Shown here: positions 10,980-24,290 of the stretch, piece by piece
Layout: every line of letters begins with the position of its first letter
How positions within the stretch are numbered: the first letter of the stretch is position 1
NCBI RefSeq assembly: GCF_006345805.1
Contig: NC_043009.1
Coordinates: forward strand, 29,574,001-29,638,000
DNA from: Octopus sinensis
Taxonomy: Eukaryota
Length of the DNA: 64,000 bases
Reading direction: 5' to 3'
Notes under the pieces: generated by a model
What the model was told of the DNA's origin: nothing
What the model saw: only the letters and a program-made list of their open reading frames with translations
Databases searched by the model: none
Position numbers and translations under genes: made by a program

Positions 10980-13948
10980 TAAGAAAATTTTGTTCATAAA
11001 GACCATCAACGTTTAATACCTCTCCGTATTAATACCACCTCTGTTGGTAATATTTATTATTTCTAATCTGTTCTGAGATATTTCATTTATTGATAACAGG
11101 GTACCAATAATTGTTTATATGCATGTGCGTCAGTGTGTATGTATTTAGCAATGAATGATTAATTTTTTTCATGAATAATTAAGGTTGCTTGAATAATAGA
11201 TGTACAAATATAATTTTGTTCAGTGTAAATATATATATTTATTATTTACCAAAGTATGCAAGCATCGTTCAATAGCACAGAAAATACTATCTTATGATTA
11301 AACTTTGAAACCATTTCGTTCGCCTGTGCTTCTTGTGGATGCAAATGTGGACGCTCAAATTGTTACGGTTCACTAATTGGTAGGAACATTCATATATTTT
11401 CGATTACAAGTGCATGCCGTCGCACGCTGTGTGAAAGCTTAATCCTTGGAGTTCATGAATTCAAAGAGTTTCAGATTGACACCAAAATATTTCGTTATTG
11501 ATCAATCTAAATGCTAGTGTTTTGATATACTATCAAAAATAATTTCTTTTATCATATCATCCTTTATCTAACTCCATAGCTGTATTTTTACACTGAATCT
11601 CTGTGAATCCGCACGAAACTTTCTGTTGATACTAATGTAACAGAATATATTCCAGGACTTTTGCAGAATAGAGTGCAGCTTTCTAACTAAAATTTCCAAT
11701 AACTTCTATCCTAGAATGTTGGAGAAGCAAGCACCAATAGAAGTAAAAACCAGAGTGGTCTACTTTTAGAAGAAATAATTCTTTGAATTGCACATAGTAA
11801 AGCGGTAACTAAATTAGACATTTTTTTTCTTGACATTACTACTTAGTAGCATTCCAAGAAGAATTGAGAGATGAATAATAATAATAATGATGATGGTGAT
11901 GATAATAATAATAATAATAATAATACAAACCAAGATGTGAGAGAAGGAAAAGAACAAGAAGTAGATGGTATGAGTTTGGAATGTATACACTTGCAAAAAC
12001 CAACGAATTTAGGAACTGAGTCTATAATGAACTGAAATATTTTTAAGCAGATAGATATGACAAAGTTTAGCATCCATTTCTACTGTGTCATTTGGCAACA
12101 ATGCTGGTACATATGGTTTATATGTTGTTGGTATAACCAGAAATTATAAATCTGCACTACTCAAATAGAAACTTTCTTTCCTGCAATATAAACCTCAGAA
12201 TTTTAAACCCTTGTTTTATGGACAAGCTATTTTTTATGGTGACATTCCAGTATTGCTTCATTCTTCCAAATGCTGAAAGCTTTTAATGCAAATCATAATA
12301 TAAAGCAACATAGAAGAACTATAATCTGTGAATTTGACAAAAGCAAATATCTGAATATTATTCAAAATATTTGACAGTCTTAATTCATGGAAAGAAAAAA
12401 AACATAATAACCATATTTTACAGCTTCAGTTTTAATCAACAAATATTTCAAGCACTCGTCATATAATATGGAAAGAAGAATGAATACAGAACGAAGAAAA
12501 TAACGGTTAATACATTTTTGAAGTAATATATCTTCTACTGCGTTTATTGTGTGAAAACATCAATTGTTCTCAGCTACAGCAGGAAGAGAGATTCCACCTT
12601 TATAGAATAATGTTTACAATATAACATAAATGGAGAATAATATAAGTGAGTTCTACTTGCATAATGTATCTTACATATGTTAGATGACAGAAGATGATAT
12701 AAAAATTGAAATTCTATATCCAGCCCGAGCTGAAAGGAATACAAATTACATATCCATGGGTAGAGACATGTCATAACAGGAGTAACTGCAGAAAGATTCA
12801 AGAGGTATTATCTAAAAAGAAATGCATTGAAATCCAACTCCATAAAAATGCATTGTACTGATAAAAAAATCCGTAATATTATTGATAATTCAATATCATA
12901 ATAGTATAATTTATATTTTCTTTCCATATATTGCCATTATAAGAAGGTTAAGCAATATGGTAGAATCCAACAGGGATTTTGAAACTAAGTTATTAAGACA
13001 TACTTCACTTTGATAAGATGCCATTCTGTCGTGTTTTACTCATAAAAGAATTTGATATGAACATTGAAATATAAGAAAACACAAAAGCCTCTAGGAGATC
13101 GCTTGAACTACTAGAAATATCTGTTAAACTTTCCTCAAAATATACTCTGCTATCTGAAAAAGGAAGGTCACATTGGATTATGCATTAGAATATGCATACT
13201 ACCTGATATAGCGATGAGATGTTCACGGTTTAATCTCCTGTATGTTCTAAATAAGGATCTAATCTGATAAATATCTGATAATTAGAACAGTGGGCTCTGG
13301 CATTCAGTGATATCAGTTTTGCTAACAGGTGAGACACATAAATAATAAAATACCTTTACTAGAGAGAGATGGTTATTAAGAGGTTAGTGATTATCAACTT
13401 ATAGGAAGTGAATTGATGCTCTATCTTATGAAACTTAAAGAAAGATATTGCTGCATACAACATAATGATGGTGACAAAATAGACGAGTCCTCAGGGAGGT
13501 GGAGAAATTCCTTGTAGAATTTTGATTCTGCTCTCAGTTCAAATCGTACCAATATCAGGTTAGATTTCCATCTTGCGAGTGCCGATAAATTAGCAATCAA
13601 AACTTGAGGTCAGTTTTACCACTTCTACGTCTATCTCTTTCTCTCTTTCACCCTCGAAATTAGCTACTCTATATGGAATAGTATTTCGGGTCGCAAAAGA
13701 ACTCGGGTCCACCTTACATATTTAACTCAAATGAGATGCGGAAGATACTACGAAGGAGCTAGCTCTGAGGCTTCCGAGAGCAGAGATACTTCTTCCTTCT
13801 TTGCTTTCTTTCGTTATTCATTTATTCGCATTAAATGCAAATCATAGTTCCCTAGTGCTCAAAATGGTGTTATTGCAGTGGTGATGTTGTCAGAGGTACA
13901 AGACGTGGTGGTGGTACTTTGCTGTGTTGGGATTCTAGTATTTTTGTT

Positions 13949-14322
13949 ATGGAGGCCCAGCGGTTAGGGCGGCGGACTCGCGATCGTAGGATCGCGGTTT
14001 CGATTCCCAGACTGGACGTTGTGAGTGTATATTGAGCGAAAACACTAAAGCCCCTCGAGGTTCCGGCAGGAGGTGGTGGCGAACCCTGCTGTACTCTTTC
14101 GCCACAACATTCTCTCACTCTTTGTTCCTGTTTCTGTCGTACCTGTTTTTCAAAGGACCAGCCCTGTCACACTGTCTATCACGCTGAATCTCCTCGAGAA
14201 CTACGTTATGGGTACACGTGTCTGTGGAGTGCTCAGCCACTTGCACGTTAATTTCACGAGCAGGCTGTTCCGTTGATCGGATCAACTGGAATCCTCGTCG
14301 TCGCAACCGACGGAGTGCCACG
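13949..14322 (+). mobile_element. tRNA-derived SINE family D
   Basis: tRNA-like head (ggaggcccagcggttagggcggcggactc...gtttcgattccc); its 5' ~190 bp is shared with 61842-61655 (minus). Confidence 0.8.
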
Positions 14323-14339
14323 ATTTTTGTTCTTTTTAG

Positions 14340-14790
14340 GCAATGACAATTGTGACGGTTGCAGTGGTGTTGGCGATGATGACCTCGGCCGCGATGACAT
14401 CAGTAGTTGTTTGATGTAGTAATAATAATAGTATAGGAGAGGTGGTGATGGCGATTGTAATATATATGATGACGGCTGTAATAATTGTAAGGTGAGTGGT
14501 AATTTTAATGTTGCTAGTGGTATTGCTGACATTAATATCGTTGCTGGTGATAGCGGTGACGATGATTGCGGTGGTGGTGGTGGTTATAGAAGTGGTAATG
14601 ACAGAAGCAGCGGTACTAAGGTCATTGATAATTTTGTTTGTTAGTGCTGGCGTTGGCGTTAGTGTTGCTATGAGTGGTTGTGGTGTTGATAGTGGTGTCG
14701 CTTTTGATTGTGATAATGGCGATAGTAGCGGCTGAGACGCTAGTTGTGATGGTAGTGGTGATATGGGTGGTGCTGTTGGGGTTGGTGACG
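14340..14790. repeat. Cryptic (GGT/GAT/TAG)n trinucleotide low-complexity tract
   Basis: Degenerate triplet periodicity; it explains ORFs 14254..14532 and 14496..14735. Confidence 0.8.
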
Positions 14791-16819
14791 TTGTGTCAGC
14801 TCTGAATTACAATACTGAACTGTCAATGTCCGTTTTGGCTTTTATTGAATCTAATAACAAGAGAGAACGTCCTTTTACGAAAGATCTATTATACATTGGA
14901 GTGTAATGCATAAGAATAGTTTCCTGATCTCATGGACCTGTGAGCAGCTGTTGGATTAATAACATACATTTAGACCTTAGATGAGGCAACTCCTTAAGAA
15001 TAGATACAGAAGAGAAAGTAAACAAAAACAATAGATGTAATAATAAGAACTACAACAACAAAGAGATGTTAGAAATGAATGGTAGGTTGAAACTCTGCTA
15101 TAATTTACTTTCCCTGTGAGAAGTCTTGAAGTAAATTCAATGAAAATTATTATAGGTTCAACAAGAAGGAAACGACCAAGAAAATGTAAACTTATGCAGA
15201 AATCAGCCTGAAAGGAAAGGCGAAACTAATGCATAAATCTTATTTAAAGACTAAATTTATCCTATTGAATGTCTGAAATTAAAATATGACGAGCTGAAGT
15301 ACTCTTCATATTGACCCTAATAAAACATTTGCTGACAGTTAATAATAGCCATTGTCTTAGGAAACTGAATGCCATAAATTAAAGAAATATAAACCAAAAT
15401 TTCCTGAACTGCCAAATATGCCACACGAAAGTAAAGATATGGAGAAACATTACATATTTTCTAAATAATTTCTGTTCATAGCTTGATGTAAATCCTCGCT
15501 TATTTTAGAAATAGTAGCAGCCTTATCGATGCGTTGTGATCAAGAGAACATTTGCCATGATAGGTAGGAGAGATAGTTACGTCGTACTGGAAGAAATTGG
15601 TATGAAATACATAGAAGGATCTCATGAGTCTGTAATTGTAATCAATGAAGTATGAAATGAAATTTGGGAATTGTTAAGATGTAAAATTCTTCAGTCATAG
15701 ATGTCTATTTCATGAGTTCTATGATTGTAACTTTATGCAATTAAACTAACGATATACTTCAGTACACAAATACTAACAACTATTTATTTGTTATATTGTA
15801 TTAACTGTTGTCATTTGGGAGGTGATGGTGGCGGAATTGATAGGAATGGTGAAGCATGAGACTTGATGTCTCGCAGAGAATAATCTTACCAATTTATGTT
15901 CTGTGTGCATGTGTTTCTTTTTATGGTTCAATCACCGAAGTAAAGGCGTCGCCTATATCTTTCCCAAGGCGTCTAAGACTTCTAAAAGGAGTAATCCTCT
16001 AACCGGTGACTTGACCCGAATTCTTGCAAGAAAGGGAACTCCGCAAACTGGCTCTAAGAGATTAGGGGTGAACAAAATCAGGCGATGGATTAAGTCTTGT
16101 AGGCGACAAGACCAGCTCACCCAGTGACATCCAACAGAGTTACTGTGTGCCACATTTTTTTCACCTGGATTTGATCACACCAACTCTCTATTATAATAAA
16201 TTGCTCAATTCACGGAGAAATGGAATCGAACATAAAACCAGGATGATACGAAGCAAAATCCTTAAACACTCAGCCTAAATTATTGAAGTAGAAGCTGTCT
16301 TTCATTCAATTAGGTTTAACGAAATAAATACCTAGTATACTAAAATACTTTGGTAGACTTAAGACGCCTAAAGTTTTTATGAAGCCGCATTATAGTAGCT
16401 CTGTGAATTAGCTACATACAGGCAGGCAGTTTTTACACTGGGCACAATGTCAGCATTTTGTACTACGGGTATTGGTGATAGAGCAGCATGTTAGACAAAA
16501 TGGATTCAGAATGTTAGAAGCTGGAAGAGAACGTACAAGATATCTCGTCTGAAATTTTAATAAACCAGCCCTTCTACTGCCATAGACTGGTGTTTATTTA
16601 TCTGACCAGAAAGAATAAAGGATAAAGTTTGCCTTTCTAGGATTTGCACACAGAGCGAAGGAAATTGGAACATATGCGCCAGCTTCCATCGAATCTGTGA
16701 ATTCGCTACTCCAAATATACTAAACTGGAACACATATTATTTACATATATAGATACATATACAAACACATACATACATGCATATATATGTGTGTGTGTAT
16801 CAGTGTGTGTTTGTATCTA

Positions 16820-16925
16820 TATTTGTCCCCCACCACTACTTCAGAATGTATTGATGTGTTTACGCTCCCGTAACTTAGTGGTTCGGCTACAGAAAACCGA
16901 TAGAATAAGTTCAAGGCTTAAAAAA
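16820..16925 (-). mobile_element. SINE-like family B, partial
   Basis: tttgtcccccacc...cccgtaacttagtggttcggc...gatagaataagt is the reverse complement of the family B 3' half. Confidence 0.65.
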
Positions 16926-17885
16926 TAAAGTAATTATATGTAAACTGCTTCATTATACAATGCAATAAGAACATACATAGAATAATATTTTCTAAGAATT
17001 TTAGATATTTGGATAGTTTAATAACTATAATTTTGATATAAACTCGCCACTCCTCAATGGAGGGACTTGTACAAATAATACCTTAATGGTCGAGAATGAA
17101 AAGGAAATGGGTTAAAATAAAATCAATACATATAGACACACTTACCAATATGCATAACACATAGAGACATGGATGCTCACTCAAATAATTCTTCTTACAT
17201 TTTATATAAGTGTGAGTTCGGCTATGATTAATTGCCTTGTGTGAGAAATGCTGACAGATTCACTTGTACTTTATTCTCCACATGAAAATAAATATAATAA
17301 AATAACCAAAAGGTGTACAATGCTGGAATATTAACTTCGACATTTACTGTGAGTTTCATTCATATATTTATTGGTATAAGTATCAGATATAGGTGCCAGA
17401 ACATCTGGGAATATGAGTTACAAAAGACTGAAATACTTATTTCTGAGCAGCTGCATGTCAAACTATTTAATGCTACAGTAACAGACCTTAACACTGATTA
17501 TGTAGAACTCCTCGTGTTTCTCGTATCGATCTACTTGAACGCAGTTTTGCATTTTCCCCGTTAGCAGAATGCACTTTGGAATCTACTAAGTACATACATA
17601 CATACATGTGTGTGCGTATGTATATGTTTATAGATATACGTACGTACACACAAACACACACACACATACACACATATATATGTATGCATATATAAATATA
17701 TATATTGTATTTCGGGCTGGGCATTTTTTTTGTCAAATAAACACACTCAGTATAGTGCGTGTGCTTCTTTGGAAAAAAAACCATTCCTGAAATAGTACTA
17801 TATCTGTTTGAACATATGGTTACACACCAGGTATGTTGCAACAGAAATTCAGAAATACACACACACACACACACAACACACACAC

Positions 17886-17919
<34 letters not shown>

Positions 17920-17984
17920 TTACCCATATACGCATACAGGATGCCACTGACATAATTTGAATATTCTTATGAACGCCTATTTTC

Positions 17985-18810
17985 AACGCAATGGTATCAG
18001 AGAAACTGAAGAAAAGTTACTTTCGGTATTTGTACACGTTCTCAGTCAGTGCCTGCCCCCAGGTAATGGAATGTTGTTGTTTTGTACCGTAAACGTTGTC
18101 TTTTATGGAAACCCTCAAAAAATATTTTATTGCCGTGAGTCAACTGCACGCAGAAGCAACTTGCCAAACCGTTTTGTCTAATGCAACTATCCTGGCCAAA
18201 TATCACCGAACTAAGCGTTTTTATTACTGTGGTAGTGCGTGAATAGCAGATCTTGCTGGAAAAAAAATCCATAGCTTCAAAATCGTTATGATTGTTTGGT
18301 ACGACAGATTATTTCAGCAAGTTCACGCAAATAGGACCAGTCACAGTACCTCAGAAAATGTTCCAGTTAATCCTGTTGGTGCTGCGCTACACCATACTTT
18401 ATCCCCAGGTAAATGTCGATGGTATTCCCCCACACTATACATATTCCTAAAATCTCAGTATGTGCAAGTGTGGTGGTTAATTGAACCATTTGATTTAAAT
18501 ATACCGTTATCACTCCATACAGTCTTGCTTGGATGGAAAGTGTGCATCTTCTACACTCCTGGTTAAGTATCACTCGCAAGATCACATTTCATCCCGGATT
18601 ATCTTCATTTACAGCGTGAACCAGTGCTTTGAAGGTGACTTTTCCAATGATGGCTTTTCAAAATGCAATGGACGCTTGATATTGAAATTCATATCTCGCG
18701 ACTTGCTTGCCGCATAGAATTTCTTGAACAGTGACGCCCAGTTTCTAGTAACCTCTTCCTTCATGTGGCTCGTCGAATGCTTCTAGTGCTCATTCTGAAC
18801 AGTTCCATCA
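17985..18810 (-). mobile_element. Decayed Tc1/mariner-superfamily transposase (Tc3-like / DUF4817-associated type)
   Basis: Minus-strand translation gives [33 protein letters not shown] and FFQQD, matching VWSDEAxFxLNGxVNxHN...VxVWC...FQQDGA motifs. Many stops. Confidence 0.75.
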
Positions 18811-18897
18811 GTTTCAAATCTGTGTATGTACATATGCATGTATGTATGAATCTCTGCATATATACATACGTATATGTACATATATATACATATATAT

Positions 18898-19457
18898 GTT
18901 TGTAAAAGTTTTTAATTTTCATCTCACTAAATTTATCCAGCTATTGTGTATCTAGTGCACTCTTCGCCTTGAATGTAATGATATATGTATAATATATGGC
19001 GTGTACTGGTACACCGGCGATGATAATTAATTTTATTGTATCGCATTTTCTTTGTTTACATATTCTCTCGCTAAATTTCTGACCGTTAGACGATATACCA
19101 CAATCCCCTATTTTGTCGGGTTTGTTCTGAGTCTGCGCAGTGTTTTGAATAGTTTAGAAAGAGCATTTCGATAGACGCACATGGGTCTATTGATATGGTC
19201 TTCCCATCATTAACAGGAATCTTACTGAAGAGCCAGCCTGAGTAAATAAATACTATTTTTATTACTGAATTTGGCGAAACTGCAGTATAAGAAAAGTTAA
19301 GTTTGTAAAAGTTTTTAATTTTCATCTCACTAAATTTATCCAGCTATTGTGTATCTAGTGCACTCTTCGCCTTGAATGTAATGATATATGTATAATATAT
19401 GGCGTGTACTGGTACACCGGCGATTATAATTAATTTTATTGTATCGCATTTATCTTT

Positions 19458-19464
<7 letters not shown>
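18898..19464 (+). mobile_element. HHR-containing non-coding tandem unit (~403 bp, ~1.4 copies); Penelope-like pseudo-LTR or retrozyme-like
   Basis: ~160-bp direct repeat at 18898 and 19301 (one substitution, one indel), with a canonical hammerhead immediately upstream of the second copy. Confidence 0.75.
19220..19292 (+). ncRNA. Canonical minimal type I hammerhead ribozyme
   Basis: Helix I TCTTA(19220-24)/TAAGA(19288-92); core CTGAAGA(19225-31); helix II GCCAG/TTGGC plus inner AGTAAATAAA/TTTATTACT; GAAAC(19276-80); palindromic CTGCAG helix III; GUA triplet, cleavage after 19287. Confidence 0.85.
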
Positions 19465-19498
<34 letters not shown>

Positions 19499-20157
19499 CA
19501 TATGTGGGCACAGAACATCAGGAAACATGTACAACAAAAAGTACGAGCACGAGAACATGGAACAAATGGAAAATAAAACAAACAACATAAAGAACTAGCC
19601 TTCCTGGCTGTTTTTCTAGTCTCGTATTTCGAGCATTTAACAACAAATATATAATGTCAGCCGAACTTACGTGTGGAACGAAGAAAGGGCGTACAACCCC
19701 AGAATTATAAAAGTAAAAATAATGAGGTGTCTCACGAAACGAAATCGTCTCTAGAGAGCTTCTGCACGAGAGAAATTAATCCAGGAGTGATGTAGTAGTT
19801 AACTTAGTCATCTGAACCATATATATATATATATATTATATAATATGTGTGAAAGTGTGCGTGTATATGTATGTGCGTGTATATGCGTGCGCATTAAGTG
19901 TTTACAGATATTTTTAATCTTCTACACCAATGTATACTCATCTTTTACATCTTGACCCTTTCCAGCTAAAATGTGTGTGAGACTGAAACATAAAGTTCAC
20001 CGCTATGTATAATCACAAACTGTTTAAACGCGTTCTTAGGAAAAAATGAATTACAGAAATAAAACATCAAGGTGATTAATTCTCACTTTACATAACACAA
20101 GACCTGCGAAAGAAATAAACAGTTTTTCTTGTTCTTCTTGCTCTCGTCGTTGTTGCT

Positions 20158-20166
20158 TATTATTAC

Positions 20167-20224
<58 letters not shown>
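20158..20224. repeat. (ATT)n microsatellite
   Basis: Directly visible. Confidence 0.95.
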
Positions 20225-20479
20225 TGTGTTCTTCTTTTATAACTCATTACATTCCAGAGTAAGAAGCTCAAAGCAAACTAATATTTTAACAATCAATCAT
20301 ACTACCTACTTGTTAGCAAACTGGAAGATTTTTGGTTCTATTTCTTTTCTTTTTTTTCTTTTTTCTTTACGTTTGTCTTTTTCTGTCTCAGTTTTAAAAT
20401 TATCTGATCTCTGGCACCGAAACGTTTGTTTCGTGAGGCCTTTCTTGATATTACGGCCGTCATTTCTATTATGGAAGTG

Positions 20480-20759
20480 GTGGTGGTGGTGGTAGTAGTG
20501 GTGGTAGTGGTGGTTGTCGTCGGTGTTGTTGCAGGGGTCGTTTGAGGTGGTGGTGTTGATGGTAGTGGTGCTCATGACGATAATGTTGGTGATGATGATG
20601 AGGATCATGATGATGGTGATGATGGTTGTGGTGGAGATGATGGTGATGAGGGGTGAAGATGACAACAGGGACGATAAAATATTGGCAATCACAATGATGC
20701 TCATGATGCTAGCAATGATTACAATAATAATGATAATAATAATAATAATAATAATAATA

Positions 20760-20831
<72 letters not shown>

Positions 20832-20838
20832 TAATAAA
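20480..20838. repeat. Degenerate (GGT/GAT)n tract ending in long (AAT)n
   Basis: Directly visible triplet repeats. Confidence 0.9.
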
Positions 20839-21346
20839 CTGAATGGAAGTGTTATCATGTACATAGTTTTGTCTTGGTATAAAGGATGGGATACAGCAAA
20901 TATTCTGCTCAATACCACAGATTTGCTTGCCAGTTGTTTGACTTTAACCTGTTGAGCATGTCCCTTAGTGGCTGACGATATGTGCATCTCTGATCACGAG
21001 CAGATGTAGTGGGGGAGCATCATAGCCATGTGTTGAGATGGATTCTTTGAGATTTGAATAATTCACCTCTGGAAACATGGGTATTTCGTTCAACATTCTT
21101 AAACAACCCTGAGTCAGGGACCTTTTGAGCAGGATGGGTTACTCGATCAGAAGAAAATTCTAACTGGGCCCATCTGCAAAGTCATGTGCTGTTTATCTTG
21201 ATATGAGATCACCATGTAGCACACATATGGTTGTGATGCAAGTGTCTAGTGTACCCTTATCAGACGGGTAGTCATAATGGGTATACTGGGCTTCGTATAT
21301 TTTACCCCAGTGTCACTTTGAGGGCATGCACTGCTCTCTCACTCAA
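20839..21346. mobile_element. ~500-bp non-coding interspersed element embedded in (AAT)n
   Basis: Complex sequence flanked on both sides by (AAT)n; resembles an abundant octopus repeat as I recall it; no ORF. Confidence 0.55.
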
Positions 21347-21440
<94 letters not shown>

Positions 21441-21699
21441 CGTAGTACTGTTGGTGCTGGTGCTGATGATGCTCATGTTTCAAGTTGCTCTTATTTTGGT
21501 TATCATAACATATTAAAACGTTCGTGGGTTTTCCATAGTATATTGCATGTATTGCATTTATGAGAATGTTATATATGTGCGTGTTAGTGTGTGTGTATGT
21601 GTTTATATATATATATGTGTGTGCATGTGTGTGTGTGTATACATATTTGTGTTTGTGTGTGCATATGTATATATAAGTAAATATATACACATATGTAAA

Positions 21700-21822
21700 T
21701 ATTTATATACATGTATGTATATTTATGTATATATATATATATGTTTATATATATACATATATATGTACATATATATATATGTATATATATGTATATATAT
21801 ATAAATATATATATATATATAC

Positions 21823-21854
<32 letters not shown>

Positions 21855-21879
21855 GTACATATATATGTATGTATATATA

Positions 21880-21939
<60 letters not shown>

Positions 21940-21940
21940 T
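21700..21940. repeat. Interrupted (TA)n/(TG)n microsatellite
   Basis: Directly visible. Confidence 0.95.
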
Positions 21941-22229
21941 TCTTGGCATATCTGCATTTATATGTACGCATGTGTGCGCGTGTGTATGTTGCAGATTTCT
22001 TGTATACGTACAATTACACATACGTATGTGGGTATATTTATACAGCATTCTCTTCTTTTTATTTGTCAGCTGTTAAAAGCAATATTACTTATTTATCATT
22101 CTGCAAAACATTTTTATTCTCATTTGGGATGGAATAAAAACGGAACTAACAAATGCCATAAAAAAATAGACGTTTTCTAATCTGAATTCTTTATATTCAA
22201 TATCACCAATTCGATCACTGCTGTCGACT

Positions 22230-22630
22230 TTGCCGCCGTCGTCGTCGTCGTCGTCATTTAACCCCCCCCCCATCACCTGAATCATCGTCGTTATCGTCAC
22301 CGTCATCCTCTACCTCCTACTCCTCCTCCTCATTACTATGATCATGACCATCTTCATCATCATCATTATCATCGCTATCATTAAATTCATCATCTTCATC
22401 TTCTTCACTTCCACCACTATTGTAATAGTCATCCTCCACCGCCTCCACATCTTCCTCGTTGTTACTACTACCGTCCTCATCATCGTTATCATCTTTACCA
22501 CCACCATTGCCTTAATCCTGATCGCCATCCTCGTGGGTGATCATCATCATCATCATCATCATAATCATCATCGTCATTATCACTATCACCACCACCACCA
22601 ACATTATCACGGTCATCACCGCCGGCCCTT
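22230..22630. repeat. Degenerate (CAT/CAC/CTC)n trinucleotide tract
   Basis: Directly visible; it explains the poly-I/H/M ORFs. Confidence 0.85.
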
Positions 22631-23109
22631 CATTATCTATTTCTCTCTCAGCCGTATTCAGTTATCTTCTCACCTCGGTTTGATTTTTTTTTTTAATTAC
22701 ATTCTATGTTTTGGTAGACTAAGAATTAGTAGAGTTGCACTAGTTTTATATTGTTGTCGTTATGTTCTTTTTATACAAACACACGTCTGTATTGCAACTA
22801 TGCTTACTTCCCAAAACTTGTGAATCGGATATAGAAATATGTTTGAATGCGTTAAAGGTATCTCAGAATCATTTAGTGAAAACAAACATGAGATTATGTA
22901 TATGTAAATGTACACAAATACAAACACACATATGCAGGACGTAGCTGTGTGTGTTCGCTATCCCTCTCGCGGCCTTAATCGTCTAAAAGCTTTGCAGCAG
23001 ATCCAAAACTGCCGCTCACGTAACAGTGTCGTCTGGGGTGGACACATCTTCGCTAGCCGTCTAGCTACGCTACTGTACAGACACAAATACATATACATGC
23101 ATATATACG

Positions 23110-24290
23110 TATATATTCCGTCCCGCATCGAATTTTATTTACTTTCTTCTATGGTTTCTAATCGGAAAACTTTCACTTTTGCAATCAAATTAATGGAAGA
23201 AAAAAAAGAAACAGGACTGCCGTCGCCATTTCGCAGGATAGCGCTGCAAGACAAGTGTTATCGCATGTTTTGCCTGAAAGCCACGGAAAATTAATGAACC
23301 TTGAGCAGGTGTACGTGTGTGTCTATACTTCAATCGTCTCCCTTCAGATTGCTTGCATTCAAATGCCTGATAGTATCCAAGTAAAATCAACTGATTTTTC
23401 AACACATTGATTAATTTCCTTATGTGGAACACCATTTGAGTTCATAAAGATGATCGGTATCATTTTCTCAGTTGAACGACTTTGATGTTTTTCTTCTGGA
23501 CGCAGTGACAACAATCCAGTCCATGGTGATGACTGCTTTTGGTGGTCACATTCTAAACGTAATCCTGAATGCATCATCTGTTATGCCACATTGCTCTTGG
23601 CTGATTATCACTTTCTCTATTTTCACCATCTGTTTATAGACGCGTGATAAAATTGCGAAAATGTAATATTCCTTTAAATCGTCCTTTTGAAACCTTATGA
23701 CATAAAGTCCATACATATACTCACGTCTTGGAAATCTTCACATTCAGACAAAATGTTTTGCGTTGTTGTAATGTAAAGGCCGTCCTTCCCATCAAATGTC
23801 GTCTGGATTTCGGATCGTGTTTTGGTAGATATTCTTCCCAATTTCAAACGTTGGTTCCGCAGGCAAAGTTACAAACGATTGTACCCACAATGTTATTTCA
23901 AAACGAGATAAATATCTTTGAATTTTTTTCCATATTTAAAGCAGAAATTCACACAATTATTTCTCTATTTGAAATATGGGAAATCATCTACAACGATGAG
24001 AAATGAATGCGCAATGCTGTAAAAAGTGATGCATTCACAGAACTGCACCGGGAAACACACTGAATTTCTAAAAGTTCTGTTTCCAACTTTTTTCCAAAAA
24101 AAACCAACTAAATTCTGTACTCAAAACAATTTAAGTTCAACCGAACGGATTAATTACACACAGAGTGAATTCCTACCATTGAAAATGTCGGACAGGTATA
24201 GCAAGGCATTGAGGAAGTTGAGGAAAACACCGACGTGCTGCAAAGCGTTAAGATTTCGGGAATCACATCGGGTTAATATATAATAATATA
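23110..24290 (-). mobile_element. Decayed mariner transposase
   Basis: ORF 23359..23577 has DHQKQSSPWTG...RPEEKHQSRSTEKMIPIIFMNSNGVPHKE (DPETKQQSSxW...QSRS..KxMLIVFF...GIVH); C-terminal FRLETIEESK near 23150. Confidence 0.75.

Noticed and set aside
11310-11380. Peptide CKCGRSNCYGSL resembling a post-SET motif
   Set aside because: In-frame stop just upstream and no splice acceptor.
13949-14010. tRNA gene-like sequences here and at other SINE heads
   Set aside because: They are SINE heads continuing into repeat bodies, without a complete cloverleaf or terminator.
17442-17465. 19/24 match to 59217-59240, both in short open frames (SEQLHVKL / SAQLHVTL)
   Set aside because: A match this short is expected by chance in a 64-kb self-comparison and does not extend.
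18901-19464. TRIM/LTR interpretation of the direct repeat (TG...CA ends)
   Set aside because: No PBS starting with TGG and no clear TSD; the internal hammerhead and tandem geometry fit a Penelope-like or retrozyme unit better. Not fully excluded.
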